A DNA stretch of 64,000 nt from Eledone cirrhosa (GCA_964016885.1 OZ024750.1:11656001-11720000), one strand, 5' to 3'. Shown: positions 12,640 to 25,278, numbered from the stretch's first letter. Numbers and translations are program-made. Notes: a model not told the origin generated them from the letters alone.

Positions 12640-13211
12640 AATCAAATCATTTAACCATAGAACCATGTCTTTCTTGTTTTATGTTATTTAGATTTAATGT
12701 TGAGGAGGAGTCTTCAGTTGTGTGTCTTTATATGTTTGTATAGTATGAAATGAGGGCACCAACTGCTGGGAAATGGTATCAGCATGTCATGTCTGCTGTA
12801 CAGAAGAAATGGTTGGATGATACGGGAAGAAGCTATTAAAGAGAAACCATTTAACTTTTTAAACAAATACGAAAGAAACGGATATGAAATTAATTGGGGG
12901 TCATATTTGCGATCAACATCATCATCGTTGTTGCCACTCTCACCACCAACACTATCATCGTTACCGCCATCACCACCACTATCACCATCACCACCACTCA
13001 TTGTTACCACCATCACCACCACTATCATTGTTACCACCATCACCATCACCACCACCACCATCATCATTACCACCGTCACCACCATCAGTATCAACATAAC
13101 TGTTACCACCACTATCATCATTGTTACCAGCATCACCACCATCATCATAATTTACCACCGTCATAATTTTACAGTGTGGGCTGGGTGCTTTTTGTCATGA
13201 CACTTACACTA

Positions 13212-13249
<38 letters not shown>

Positions 13250-13345
13250 ATTGAGGAAGGCAAGGCTGTGGTTACTGATAACGAGTGTTAGAAGGTAAGG
13301 CGACACAAACAAGAGATGGACATTTTCCCTTCATCAACTGTTTAC

Positions 13346-13377
<32 letters not shown>

Positions 13378-13547
13378 AGTGAATAGTAGGTTATGAAAAT
13401 TGAAGCTAATAATTTTGTTGTACCTTGCTATACAAAAGATTTATCATCAGATTTATATCTATTTATCTTATACTTTTTTATTCCCATTTTATGGAATGGT
13501 GGAATATATTGGACAAACCATCACTTGATATTTGATATCAATAAACT

Positions 13548-13581
<34 letters not shown>

Positions 13582-13632
13582 TATTTTATAGAAGGAGCTT
13601 CTACAGGACTAGTACTGTTTCATTCAGATGAA

Positions 13633-13683
13633 AGCTTCCTGAAGATTTCATCTGAATGAAACAGTACTAGTCCTGTAGAAGCT
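13633..13683 (+). ncRNA. Type I hammerhead ribozyme in a Penelope-end hairpin
   Basis: AGCTTC-CTGAAGA-t TTCA tc TGAA t-GAAA CAG tactagtc CTG TA-GAAGCT; complete core, GUA site. Confidence 0.8.
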
Positions 13684-13769
13684 CCTTCTATAAAATAAAA
13701 AAATTTTACTCTGCCATGTATTGAGTACCTTACTTACTGTGGTTATCCCCGACTCAACCCGGGACCTAC

Positions 13770-13804
<35 letters not shown>

Positions 13805-14607
13805 ATGATTTCCTTCGAATGAAACATTTCTAGTTCTGTACTGGTACTTTATTTTATTGACCCCCGTAAGCATGAAAGGCAAAGTTAACCTCGGCGGGAT
13901 TTGAACTCAGATATATAATGTTTTTGTCTCATTATCTCAATTATTTAATAACTTATATAAACTAAATCATATTTCACACTGCTTTCCCCCAATTTTACAT
14001 TCTTGGTGTGTGCTGTGAATAAATTTGTTAAGATAATAGTCATAAATATGTGGAGAAATTATCAATTAGCATTTTAAATTGTACTCTAATAATTACAAAC
14101 TCTTCTATATCGTTTAATAATAATAATAATAATAATAATGAAATTATTGTGTACAGTGCTCAGGTGCACTACAACTCATCAAAGGTGCATGTATAGTACA
14201 TAGAATAATGTACAAATGTCAGGAAAATAAACAGTGTATGAGTCATGATACAATAACAATAATGAAATATTGTGCACAGTGCCCAGGTGCACCACAACCC
14301 ATCAAAAAAGTGCATGTACAGTACATAGTTTACATATATATTACATAGATAAAATGGTGGGTGATGTGAACTAAGTTCAAATTTTATGCAGGAAAACCCC
14401 CACAAATATGTGTGTATGTATATGATTACTCATGTATGTATGTGCATATGTATGCATGCATGCATGTATGTGTTCATAATGTGTATGAATATATATATCA
14501 TCATCATCATCATCGTTTAACGTCCATCTTCCACGCTAGCATGGGTTAGACAGGAGTTGTGCCACTTGAGGCAAGGTTGGTCGGATGACCGTGTCTTGCT
14601 CGTATAG

Positions 14608-14645
<38 letters not shown>

Positions 14646-14972
14646 GTATGTTTGTATGTATCTCAAGTCTAAAGGCTGTCTTAAGCCAGAAGGCTCATTT
14701 GGCCAGTGCTTATCCCAGTTTCATGGCGTGAAGCGACTGAGAGTACAAGACCTCCTCCTGGATAGGACGCCAGTCCATCTCAGGGCTAAACCTCCAGCTA
14801 TTGCTGGTGCTCATTTCCAGCTGAGTATACTGGAGCAACGTGAAATGAAATGTTTTGCTCAAGAACACAACACGCAACCCAGGAATCAAACCCACAACAT
14901 TATGATTGTAAGTCCAACCCCCTTACCACTAGGCCACATGCCTCCACGTTTGTATGTATACATGTATGTATT

Positions 14973-15047
14973 ATATTAGGTCGACAAGTATGAAATTTGT
15001 AGAACGAAAAACCAATGTCTACAAATTTCATACTTGATGACCCAATA
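14973..15047. mobile_element. Mariner-type mini-MITE. Copies at 31341-31426 and 56363-56444
   Basis: TIR TATT(A/G)GGTCG(A/T)CAAGTATGAAATTTGTAG and its reverse complement, TA-flanked; resembles the Mos1-type TIR. Confidence 0.75.
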
Positions 15048-15100
15048 TAATTCACTACCTTTGCTGTAACTTGTTAACCTGTTGTCTATTTATTTCTCAG

Positions 15101-15359
15101 GTATATATCAGTTCCTTAACTTACAATGTTGGCTGGTTACTTTATGTTGAGACTACATCCATCTTTGCCAATGCCACAGTGATCTCCTTAACAGTAATTC
15201 TGTCTCTCATCATCATCTTTATCGCTATCACGTGCTACTGTCTATTTAAAAAAAAGGCATTCTCTAAAAAGCGTCAAATCCCGCATACAGCCCGTTATTT
15301 CAATGGAGGTGATGTATCTCTTGATGTGTTTGGTAGGTTACTTCCAACAACAACAAATG
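15101..15359 (+). CDS. MET/RON-like exon, transmembrane helix and proximal juxtamembrane
   Basis: ctcag|GTA...AAT G|gtgagt; VISLTVILSLIIIFIAITCYCLF followed by KKK stop-transfer. Confidence 0.92.
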
Positions 15360-16386
15360 GTGAGTCCTCTTCATAAGATGAGGAGCATGCAATGAATACA
15401 CTTTGCCTGCTGTTATGTTGTCTGTTTTTTTTTGTTTTGTTTTTTTACTGATTCTTTTATTTTTTTTTATAGTTTTTTTTATATTTGTTTAATGCTATTA
15501 TTGGATTAGCAGTATCAGTAGAGTCAGACGCCATGCTTTGCAGCATAGAGTTACGTCCCTTTGCAGTGGATTGGCAGTATCAATAGAGGGTCAGACGCCA
15601 TGCTTTGCAGCATGGAGTTACGTCGCTTTACGGTCTGAGATTCAAATCCTGCTGAGGTTAAATTTGCCTTTCATCCTTACAGGGTCGATAAAATAAAGTA
15701 CCAGTAATGCACTGGGATAATTGCTGGCCTTGTGCCAAATATAGAAACAATTATTAATTAGTTAATTATCGTTCTTGAAGGTGACAAATTAGCAGAGTCA
15801 TTAGAACATCAGATAGAGAGCTTTGTGGTCTTTGTTCCAGCTCTCTGCTTTCTGAGTTCAAATCCTGCCGAGGTCAACTTTACCTTTCATCCTTTCAAGG
15901 GCGATAAAAAATGTACCAGTCTAGTACTGGAGTTGATTCTTCCTCTATATCTCTTTCTAATCTCCTCTCTCTCACTCTTTCTATCCTTTTCTGGAAGAAA
16001 TCTGCTGTGTTCAGACCTGGAGAGGGGATGGGCTCCACCAGGTTAAAAATACCCTAGAAATGCTATATGCTAATACAGTGCACCTATGACTCCCTCGGGA
16101 GTATTATGACACCATACATACAATTATAATTCTTACCACAAATTGGCAGAATCTCTAAAGTTTAAGTAAATATTCTGTAATATAATAGTTTGAATTTATT
16201 ATCATATGGACAGTATTTTGGGTATTATAGCACATAGTTAACTTTAAAATACAATAAAGACAGATATGCAGAGTAAAAGAGAGTGATGGAGGAGAATGAA
16301 TCTTTGGTAATGACAAAAAGAATACGAATGTGACCACCCAGTTAGTAAACTAATCAATAAATTGGAAGCAACTTATACAAATATAT

Positions 16387-16399
<13 letters not shown>

Positions 16400-16420
<21 letters not shown>

Positions 16421-16436
16421 GTGTGTATGTATACAC

Positions 16437-16492
<56 letters not shown>

Positions 16493-16849
16493 TATATATA
16501 TATATATATATATCATATATATATATATATATATCATATATATATATATATATATCATATATATATATATATATATCATATATATATATATATCATATAT
16601 ATATATATATATATATATCATATATATATATATATCATATATATATATATATATATCATATATATATATATATATATCATATATATATATATATATATAT
16701 ATATCATATATATATATATATCATATATATATATATATATCATATATATATATATATCATATATATATATCATATATATATATATATATCATATATATAT
16801 ATATATATCATATATATATATATATATCATATATATATATATATATCAT
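16400..16849. repeat. (TA)n-TCA compound microsatellite, resuming at 20521-20758 after the Penelope-like element
   Basis: Direct reading; same unit on both sides of the insertion. Confidence 0.95.
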
Positions 16850-16886
16850 ATATAAGATCAAAAGATGGTTAAAGGAGTTCAATATA

Positions 16887-16953
16887 TTTTATTATGCGCA
16901 TTTCAAAAACAAACATCATCAAACAATAATATTTGTGTTTTCATCAGATAAAA
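16887..16953 (-). ncRNA. Hammerhead ribozyme (inverted copy)
   Basis: Reverse complement of 20326-20392. Confidence 0.8.
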
Positions 16954-17635
16954 CAGGAGAACATGATATGAAGGCTAAAAAAACACTTGTTGATAGTGCA
17001 GTTTTAAATCAACATATGAAAAGTGGTTTTAGATTGATGTGTGATATTGGGAAAAATATTTTATTTAGAGAGGGGGGGAGAGAAAAGGATGAAAAGGGAA
17101 GTAGATGAAAGGGAGAGATGGGTGATAGAGAAAGAGATAGTTTTTATAACAGAGAGGAGATATATTTTATATAGAGGGGTTGAAAACCGTTGGAAGATAC
17201 TGTATAAATTAAAAATTTTGAAAATTAACGAAGGGAGGATATGTGCGAGGAAAAAATATATTATATTTAGGGAGGGGTGGGGGTGGAAAGGATGAAAAAA
17301 AGGGGAGGAGATGAGAGTGAAGGTGGAAAGGGAGAGATGGGTGATAGAGAGAAAGAGATAGTTTTTATAACTGAGAAAAAGATATAATGTTTTAATATAG
17401 AGAGGTTGGGAACCGTTGGAAGATAATGTATAAATTAAAGGAATTTGAAAATTAACGAAGGGAAATTATGTATGGAGATAGAGAGAAAAAAATAACGAAG
17501 GGAGATTATGTATGGAGATAGAGAGAAAAAAATAATAATTGTGGGTGAATATTCAAAAGGAGAAATGTAGGAATCTTAAAATTAGCAAAGAGAAAATGTT
17601 TATGTATAGGATTTGAGAAAAAATAAAGTTAAGCA

Positions 17636-19057
17636 TCCGATTCATCCCAATTGACTGATTTAATTGGTATCTTCATTTTGAACTCTTTGAGTCGGAAAAT
17701 TCCTCAACTTCGCGGTGGAATTTATCGTGACGATGGACTCTTTACTATCCTAAATTGCAATATAGTTAAACTTAATATTATTAAGAACAATATACGTAAT
17801 CTCTTTAACCAACATAACCTAAAAATTGAATTTGATAATAGTACCAAACTAGCTAATTTCTTGGATGTATCTCTTAATCTTGACACTGGCCTATATTACC
17901 CTTACCATAAAAACAATGAGAATCTTAATTATGTTAACTTTAAATCTAACCATCCTACCAATATCAAGAATGCTATAGTTAATAATATTGGAAATAGAAT
18001 ATCTAACATATCTTCTAATAAAAACATCTTTGATGCTAACGCCAATTACTATAATAACGCACTTTCTAAAGCTGGCTATCCAGATAAAATCAAATATAAT
18101 AAAGAAACAAATTCTAGGAAAACTTACAGTAGAATATTTAATCATAACCATTCCAATAATTTTAATAAAAGACCTAGATACAAAAACATAATCTGGTATA
18201 ATGCTCCTTTCTCCATCTCTATTAATAACAATATTCCTAAATTATTTTTTAGTGCCTTAAATAAATGCTTCCCTCCCTCACATATCTATAGTAAAATATT
18301 TAACAAACACACCATTAAATTTTCGTATTCTACATCCTCCAATATTTCCAACATCATTTCTAAACACAACAACAAAATATTAAATACTAAATCTCTTCCT
18401 TCCAATATTGAATCTCATAATAACAATAATAGTACTCCTGACGTCATTGTAAACCCTAGGCTAACTTCTGTAAACCCAAATGCAACGTCAAACACAACTT
18501 CGCTAAATGTTCATAATCCAACTCTAAATCAAGAAACTATTATTCCTATTATTCCTATCGCAAACAACTTCTCCAATCCAATTCCTTCTATAGATAACAC
18601 TAGATCACTCATTAATAATCTCTCTAATTGCAACTGCCGCATTAAAAATAAATGTCCTCTCAACAACCATTGCCTCGATAAAAACTTAATTTATGAATGT
18701 AAAATTATAACTAGCACCAACTCCTTCACCTATTTTGGCTCCACTTCCACCTCTTTTAAAGCTCGTCTCTATAATCATCATTCATCTTTCAAATACAAAC
18801 TTAAAAGAACTAACACTGCTCTCTCAGAACTCATATGGTCCTTAAAAGACAAAAACATTAAATATAACATCTTTTGGAAAAAGATTTCTTCTGCATCCTC
18901 GTACTTGAACAGTTCTCTATCTAAAATCTGTAATCTCTGCCTAAATGAAAAATTTACCATTATCTCTAACCTAGAATCCATAATAAATAGACGCTCGGAT
19001 TTGTTTTCCATCTGCCTTCATAAATTCCATAGAACTTTTCACAAAGTATACAGTTAA
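17636..19057 (+). CDS. Penelope-like RT C-terminal half plus GIY-YIG endonuclease (N-terminally truncated, no true start)
   Basis: DSSQLTDLIGIFIL (motif B), GIYRDDG (motif C), FLDV, SNHP thumb, CNC..CPL...C Zn-finger, LIY...YFG..FKARLYNH, CNLCLNEK. Confidence 0.9.
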   Translation, partial: SDSSQLTDLIGIFILNSLSRKIPQLRGGIYRDDGLFTILNCNIVKLNIIKNNIRNLFNQHNLKIEFDNSTKLANFLDVSLNLDTGLYYPYHKNNENLNYVNFKSNHPTNIKNAIVNNIGNRISNISSNKNIFDANANYYNNALSKAGYPDKIKYNKETNSRKTYSRIFNHNHSNNFNKRPRYKNIIWYNAPFSISINNNIPKLFFSALNKCFPPSHIYSKIFNKHTIKFSYSTSSNISNIISKHNNKILNTKSLPSNIESHNNNNSTPDVIVNPRLTSVNPNATSNTTSLNVHNPTLNQETIIPIIPIANNFSNPIPSIDNTRSLINNLSNCNCRIKNKCPLNNHCLDKNLIYECKIITSTNSFTYFGSTSTSFKARLYNHHSSFKYKLKRTNTALSELIWSLKDKNIKYNIFWKKISSASSYLNSSLSKICNLCLNEKFTIISNLESIINRRSDLFSICLHKFHRTFHKVYS

Positions 19058-20325
19058 TATTCAATTCTTTATCAATTTAGAATCTTTTCTCAAAGGCACA
19101 TATACATACACCTCTTTAAAATATACCCATCTACCTTACTTTAAAGGGCATTATACACTCTATAGTACTCGTTTATTCATTTACCTCATCCTATCTTCTC
19201 GTAAAACAATAACATTTGTTTTTGACATTTTGAATATTCATCCGCAATCATTATTATTTTTTTTTTTTTTTTTTTTTCCCTCTATCATAAATCTTTTTAA
19301 TCTCAATTTCATCCTTAATTTATTATTATATATATTTTTTTTAATATATACTCATATATTCTTTAAAATATACCCATCTACCTTACTTTAAAGGGCATTA
19401 TACACTCTATAATACCCGTTTACTCATCACCCTCATTATATCTCTTCGTAAAACAATAACATTTGTTTTTGACATTTTGAGTATTCATCCGCAATCATTA
19501 TTATTTTTTCTCTCTATCATAAATTTTTTCTCTCTATCATAAATCTTTTTAATCTCAATTTCATCCTTAATTTATTATTATTATTTTTTTCTCCCCATCA
19601 ACGAACTCATTATTAATACATATGAATTCAATATAAAAACTTTAACTTAACATTATTTTTTCTCAAATCCTATACATAAACATTTTCTCTTTGCTAATTT
19701 TAAGATTCCTACATTTCTCCTTTTGAATATTCACCCACAATTATTATTTTTTTCTCTCTATCTCCATACATAATCTCCCTTCGTTATTTTTTTCTCTCTA
19801 TCTCCATACATAATTTCCCTTCGTTAATTTTCAAATTCCTTTAATTTATACATTATCTTCCAACGGTTCCCAACCTCTCTATATTAAAACATTATATCTT
19901 TTTCTCAGTTATAAAAACTATCTCTTTCTCTCTATCACCCATCTCTCCCTTTCCACCTTCACTCTCATCTCCTCCCCTTTTTTTCATCCTTTCCACCCCC
20001 ACCCCTCCCTAAATATAATATATTTTTTCCTCGCACATATCCTCCCTTCGTTAATTTTCAAAATTTTTAATTTATACAGTATCTTCCAACGGTTTTCAAC
20101 CCCTCTATATAAAATATATCTCCTCTCTGTTATAAAAACTATCTCTTTCTCTATCACCCATCTCTCCCTTTCATCTACTTCCCTTTTCATCCTTTTCTCT
20201 CCCCCCCTCTCTAAATAAAATATTTTTCCCAATATCACACATCAATCTAAAACCACTTTTCATATGTTGATTTAAAACTGCACTATCAACAAGTGTTTTT
20301 TTAGCCTTCATATCATGTTCTCCTG

Positions 20326-20392
20326 TTTTATCTGATGAAAACACAAATATTATTGTTTGATGATGTTTGTTTTTGAAATGCGCATAATAAAA
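20326..20392 (+). ncRNA. Hammerhead ribozyme in the Penelope 3' region
   Basis: TTTTAT-CTGATGA-stem II-GAAA TGCGCA TA-ATAAAA; palindromic stem III ATGCGCAT, AUA site. Confidence 0.85.
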
Positions 20393-20759
20393 TATATTGA
20401 ACTCCTTTAACCATCTTTTGATCTTATATTATGCATACTCCAGTCCCACAAACTGTAGAGTGCTTCTTATCCGATATCTGCATTGCTTTATTGTACTACA
20501 ATAAAACTCACCTCCTACATTATATATCATATATATATATATATATCATATATATATATATATATCATATATATATATATATATCATATATATATATATA
20601 TATATCATATATATATATATATATATCATATATATATATATATATCATATATATATATATATATATCATATATATATATATATATCATATATATATATAT
20701 ATATCATATATATATATATGTATCATATATATATATATATGTATCATATATATATATAT

Positions 20760-21092
20760 GGAAGCACATGGCTTAGTGGTTAGAGCATTGGCCTTGCAAT
20801 CGAAAAGTTGTGAGTTCAATTCTCAGACCGGGTGATGTGTTGTTTCCTTGAGCAAGACACTTTATTTCACATTGCTCCAGTTTACTCAGCTGTAGAAATG
20901 AGATGATAGGGACTGGGGTCCATATCATTCCACTGCAAAGTGGTCGTGGAGGTGCCACGGCAAAAAAGCACCCAGCCACACTGTAAATGAGGTTGGTGTT
21001 AGGAAGGGCATCCAGCTGTAGAAATCAAGCCAAAATCAGTTCCCGTCCCACTCTTGCAAGCAGGGAAAAGCGGACATAAAATGATGATGATG
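20760..21092 (+). mobile_element. tRNA-derived SINE family B with RTE-like (GAT)n tail. Near-identical copies at 22073-22401(-), 29817-30148(+), 30986-31333(+)
   Basis: TGGCTTAGTGG A-box, GAGTTCAATTC B-box, TCCTTGAGCAAGACACTTTA domain, AGGAAGGGCATCCAG tail. Confidence 0.85.
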
Positions 21093-21890
21093 ATATATAT
21101 ATATATATATAATGCAGCATCTCTCAAAAGAACAATCCTGAGAAGCTTGCACAAGCACTCGATAAGATGATATCGATAAATTAAATCTTAGGGTAATAAA
21201 CATATGTTAAAGGTGTGACATTGAAAACTGTAGCTAGGTAAAAAGAATATATATATATATATATATTTTTTAGAATATATATATATATAAGAATATATAT
21301 ATATATATTTATATATATATATATTTATATATATATATATTTATATATATATATATATATATTTTTTTTTTTTTTCCTAGTGCTTAAGTTTAAGGATTCA
21401 GCTTATGTACATTATATCATCATCATCATCATCATCACCGTTTTACGTCCATTCTTCCACGCTAGCATGGGTTAGACGGGTTGTCCTGTTGTGTGCAGTG
21501 TCTGGTCGGCTGACCATGCCTTGCTCATACAGGAACTGATCTGGCTTGATTTCTACAGCTGGATGCCCTTCCTAACACCAACCTCATTTACAGTGAGTGC
21601 TGGGTGCTTTTTCGTGGCGCCTACACGTCCACTTTACAGTGTGGGCTGGGTGCTTTTTTGCCGTGGCACCTCCACAACCACCTTGCGGTGGGGGGTGTGG
21701 GGGCATATTGTTTATATGCTTCAGCATGTACCCATGGGAGGTCGGGTACTCTGTATTACTGCATGACGCCAGAAGTCACGGTCGTGTGTCATTGTCTTTG
21801 AGAGGTGTAATTGGGTAAGGTCGGCTTTTAATGTATGTATCATTATTTTAATTTGCTTCTATTTTCTCATAATTTATTTTCTGCTTTTAG

Positions 21891-22049
21891 AATACACAGA
21901 GCGACAAGAGGCCCCTGGTGCCACAACTTACGCTACAGGAGCTACAAGTGGAAATCCTCTCATTGATGAATATACTCTTCTTCTGCTCAAAGACCAAAAA
22001 CTTCTCATACCCAAGGAAGCACTTTTGTTGAAAGATAAAATTGGCCAAG
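21891..22049 (+). CDS. MET/RON-like exon, juxtamembrane to start of kinase
   Basis: tttag|AA TAC...CAA G|gtaaac; EYTERQ...LLIPKEALLLKDKIGQG, phase 1/1. Confidence 0.9.
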
Positions 22050-22511
22050 GTAAACTAGTTTTCACCCTCATATATCATCATTTTACGTCCGCTTTTCCCT
22101 GTTTACAAGGGTGGGACAGGAACTGATTCTGGCTTGATTTCTACAGCTGGATGCCCTTCCTAACACCAACCTCATTTACAGTGAGTGCTGGGTGCTTTTT
22201 TGCCGTGGCACCTCCACGACCACTTTGCAGTGGAATGATAGGGACCCCAGTCCTATCATCTCATTTCTACAGCTGAGTAAACTGGAGCAATGTGAAATAA
22301 AGTGTCTTGCTCAAAGAAACAACACATCACCCGGTCTGAGAATTGAACTCACAACCTTTCGATTGCAAGGCCAATGCTCTAACCACTAAGCCATGTGCCT
22401 CCATTATATATGCTTATATATTTGTGTATATGTATGTGTATATTTATATACATATATATCTATTCCCGATGGGAGCTGTTTATTAATACATATATATGTA
22501 TATATATAGAG

Positions 22512-22555
<44 letters not shown>

Positions 22556-22634
22556 CTGCTATTTCAAGCGTTAAACTAATATATTCCTTCCATAAAGTGT
22601 ACCATTTGTGTTGTCATTTCTGTTTACCTTTTAC

Positions 22635-22696
<62 letters not shown>

Positions 22697-22867
22697 GTGT
22701 GGATATATGTATATATATATGTGTGGATATATGTATATATATATGTGTGGCTATATGTATATATATATATGTGTGGATATATATATATATATATATATGT
22801 ATAGATATATATATATATATATAGATGTATAGATATATATATATATGTATAGATATATATATATATG

Positions 22868-22901
<34 letters not shown>

Positions 22902-23223
22902 TATGTGTATATATATACACATATATATATGAATATATATATATATGTGTATATATATACACATGTATATATATGTGTATATGTATATATATATATGTGT
23001 ATATGTATATATATATATGTGTATATGTATATATATATATGTGTATATGTATATATATATGTGTATATGTATATATATATATATGTGTGTATATATATAT
23101 ATATATGTATATATATATGTGTGTATATATATATATATATGTGTATATGTATATATATATATGTGTATATATATATATATGTATATATATGTGTATATAT
23201 ATATATATATGTATATATATGTG

Positions 23224-23256
<33 letters not shown>

Positions 23257-23259
23257 GTG

Positions 23260-23292
<33 letters not shown>

Positions 23293-23499
23293 GTGTGTAT
23301 ATATATACACATATATGTATATATATGTGTGTATATATATACACATATATGTATATATATGTGTGTATATATATACACATATATGTATATATATGTGTGT
23401 ATATATATATACACATATATGTATATATGTGTATATATATACACATATATGTATATATATATGTGTATATATATACACATATATATATATATATGTGTG

Positions 23500-23533
<34 letters not shown>

Positions 23534-23557
23534 TGTGTGTATATATATATATGTGTG

Positions 23558-23588
<31 letters not shown>

Positions 23589-23595
23589 GTGTGTG

Positions 23596-23626
<31 letters not shown>

Positions 23627-23733
23627 GTGTGTATATATGTATATATATATATATATATGTATATGTGTATATATATATATATATATGTGTATATATATAT
23701 ATATATATGTGTATATATATATATATATGTGTG

Positions 23734-23767
<34 letters not shown>

Positions 23768-23825
23768 TATATGTGTGTATATATGTATATATATGTGTAT
23801 ATATGTATGTGTATATATACATGTA
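22635..23825. repeat. Long (TA)/(TG) compound microsatellite
   Basis: Direct reading. Confidence 0.95.
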
Positions 23826-23921
23826 TGTAGTGGTTAGTAGTAACAACTAGTTCAGCTACTCAACATATAAGCATCTATTATATTCTACTATCACTCATTA
23901 CACTCAACTGTTCACTTTCAG

Positions 23922-24005
23922 GACATTTTGGCTGTGTTCACCGAGCATTCCTGTTTAAGCCTGGAGAGAAAGGTGAAAGTCTTGTGGCAGTAAAAACACT
24001 TCATA
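23922..24005 (+). CDS. MET/RON-like kinase exon (G-loop, VAVK)
   Basis: GHFGCVHRAFLFKPGEKGESLVAVKTLH; GHFGCV is the MET-type G-loop. Confidence 0.95.
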
Positions 24006-24684
24006 GTAAGTTATTTTTGTTTATTATTTTGGATGATAAATACACCCACTACACGCTGTAAAGTGGTTGGTGATAGGAAGGACATCCAGTCGTAGACAGC
24101 CTGCCAAACAAAGGGTTGGGAGGACCTTTCAGTTTTGTCAAAGACATGACAACCTTTCCTATGAATGTGAGACTGTACATCAGTAAGATAGCAGACTCCT
24201 AGCTTATCTGGGAGGTTAGTAGCCCCATTTCAGTACTGATGTCGACTATGTAGACCTGTCTAGCCCTTGATAGTAGGGAAAGCAGACATTAAAACAATGA
24301 TGATAATGATGATAAGATGTAGAAAAAGATGGGGGAATCGGAAGTCACCAGACTTTACCTCCCTGGGTCTCCTATCAGTTGACTTTGCCTCCCTGGGTTT
24401 CCTACTGGTTGACTTTGCCTATAAAATCTGAAGGTGTCTAATAATGTTTTCATTACTAAGCTAATACTTAGAACATAACAAAAATTTCTTAAATAAAATT
24501 ATGATGGAAGGATTTAAAATAAATATAAACATTTTAAAGGCAGTTTTGTGTCATAAGCCCAGGGCAGTTTCAAGCAGTTTCAGGTGGTTTTAGGGAATTT
24601 CAGGCAGTTTGATATCAAAAGAGTTAAAGAAAAACATATTTTGACATTTCTAATAATCTGTTTTTCTTTTCTATTTATTTGCAG

Positions 24685-24869
24685 AAGATAACCCACGAGA
24701 AATTGATGTGAAAGCATTCTTAACGGAAGCTATTATAATGAAAGATTTTTACCATGAAAATATTTTATCATTGATTGGAATCTGTCTTGGTAAAGATCAA
24801 ATGCCACTTGTCGTACTTCCATACATGTTACATGGAGACTTACTTTCATATCTTCGAGATGTTAACAAT
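24685..24869 (+). CDS. MET/RON-like kinase exon (alphaC, hinge)
   Basis: [24 protein letters not shown]...[13 protein letters not shown]. Confidence 0.96.
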
Positions 24870-25246
24870 GTAAGAATACATATTTTAAAATTTATTTATT
24901 GTTTTTACATTTCTTGCATGTGTAAAAGTGTCAACTAAAAAGTTCATAGGCTGACTATGAAGGAGTGATGTTAGGGCTATGAAATCTTTTAGTAAGTATA
25001 GAGTACTTTCCATTAGTATAGAGTATTCAGTTGAATAATGGTCTTATGTATACTATTATATATAATTGTAAATTATATTTAAAAGAGAGACAGCACACAG
25101 TGAGAATTTGAAATAAAAGGTCAAGATATCAACAAATATAATGGCTAACCAAATACAAAGTGTTTAAGCAATCATACATACGTACACACACACACACACA
25201 CATATATATACACATACACATATATACATATATACACACATGTACC

Positions 25247-25278
<32 letters not shown>

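Larger units (their letters stand above)
16850..20520 (+). mobile_element. 5'-truncated Penelope-like retroelement (Neptune type) with an inverted copy of its 3' end
   Basis: 16850-17633 is the reverse complement of 19646-20429 (one mismatch seen); RT/GIY-YIG ORF lies between; AATAAA near 20500. Confidence 0.92.

Noticed and set aside
17041-20238. Identical 84-aa ORFs on opposite strands
   Set aside because: Consequence of the Penelope inverted repeat; non-ATG start and no recognisable domain
20760-20832. tRNA gene
   Set aside because: A/B boxes belong to a SINE head that continues into the SINE body in all copies
16362-23850. Long poly-YI/IY ORFs
   Set aside because: Translations of (TA)n microsatellites
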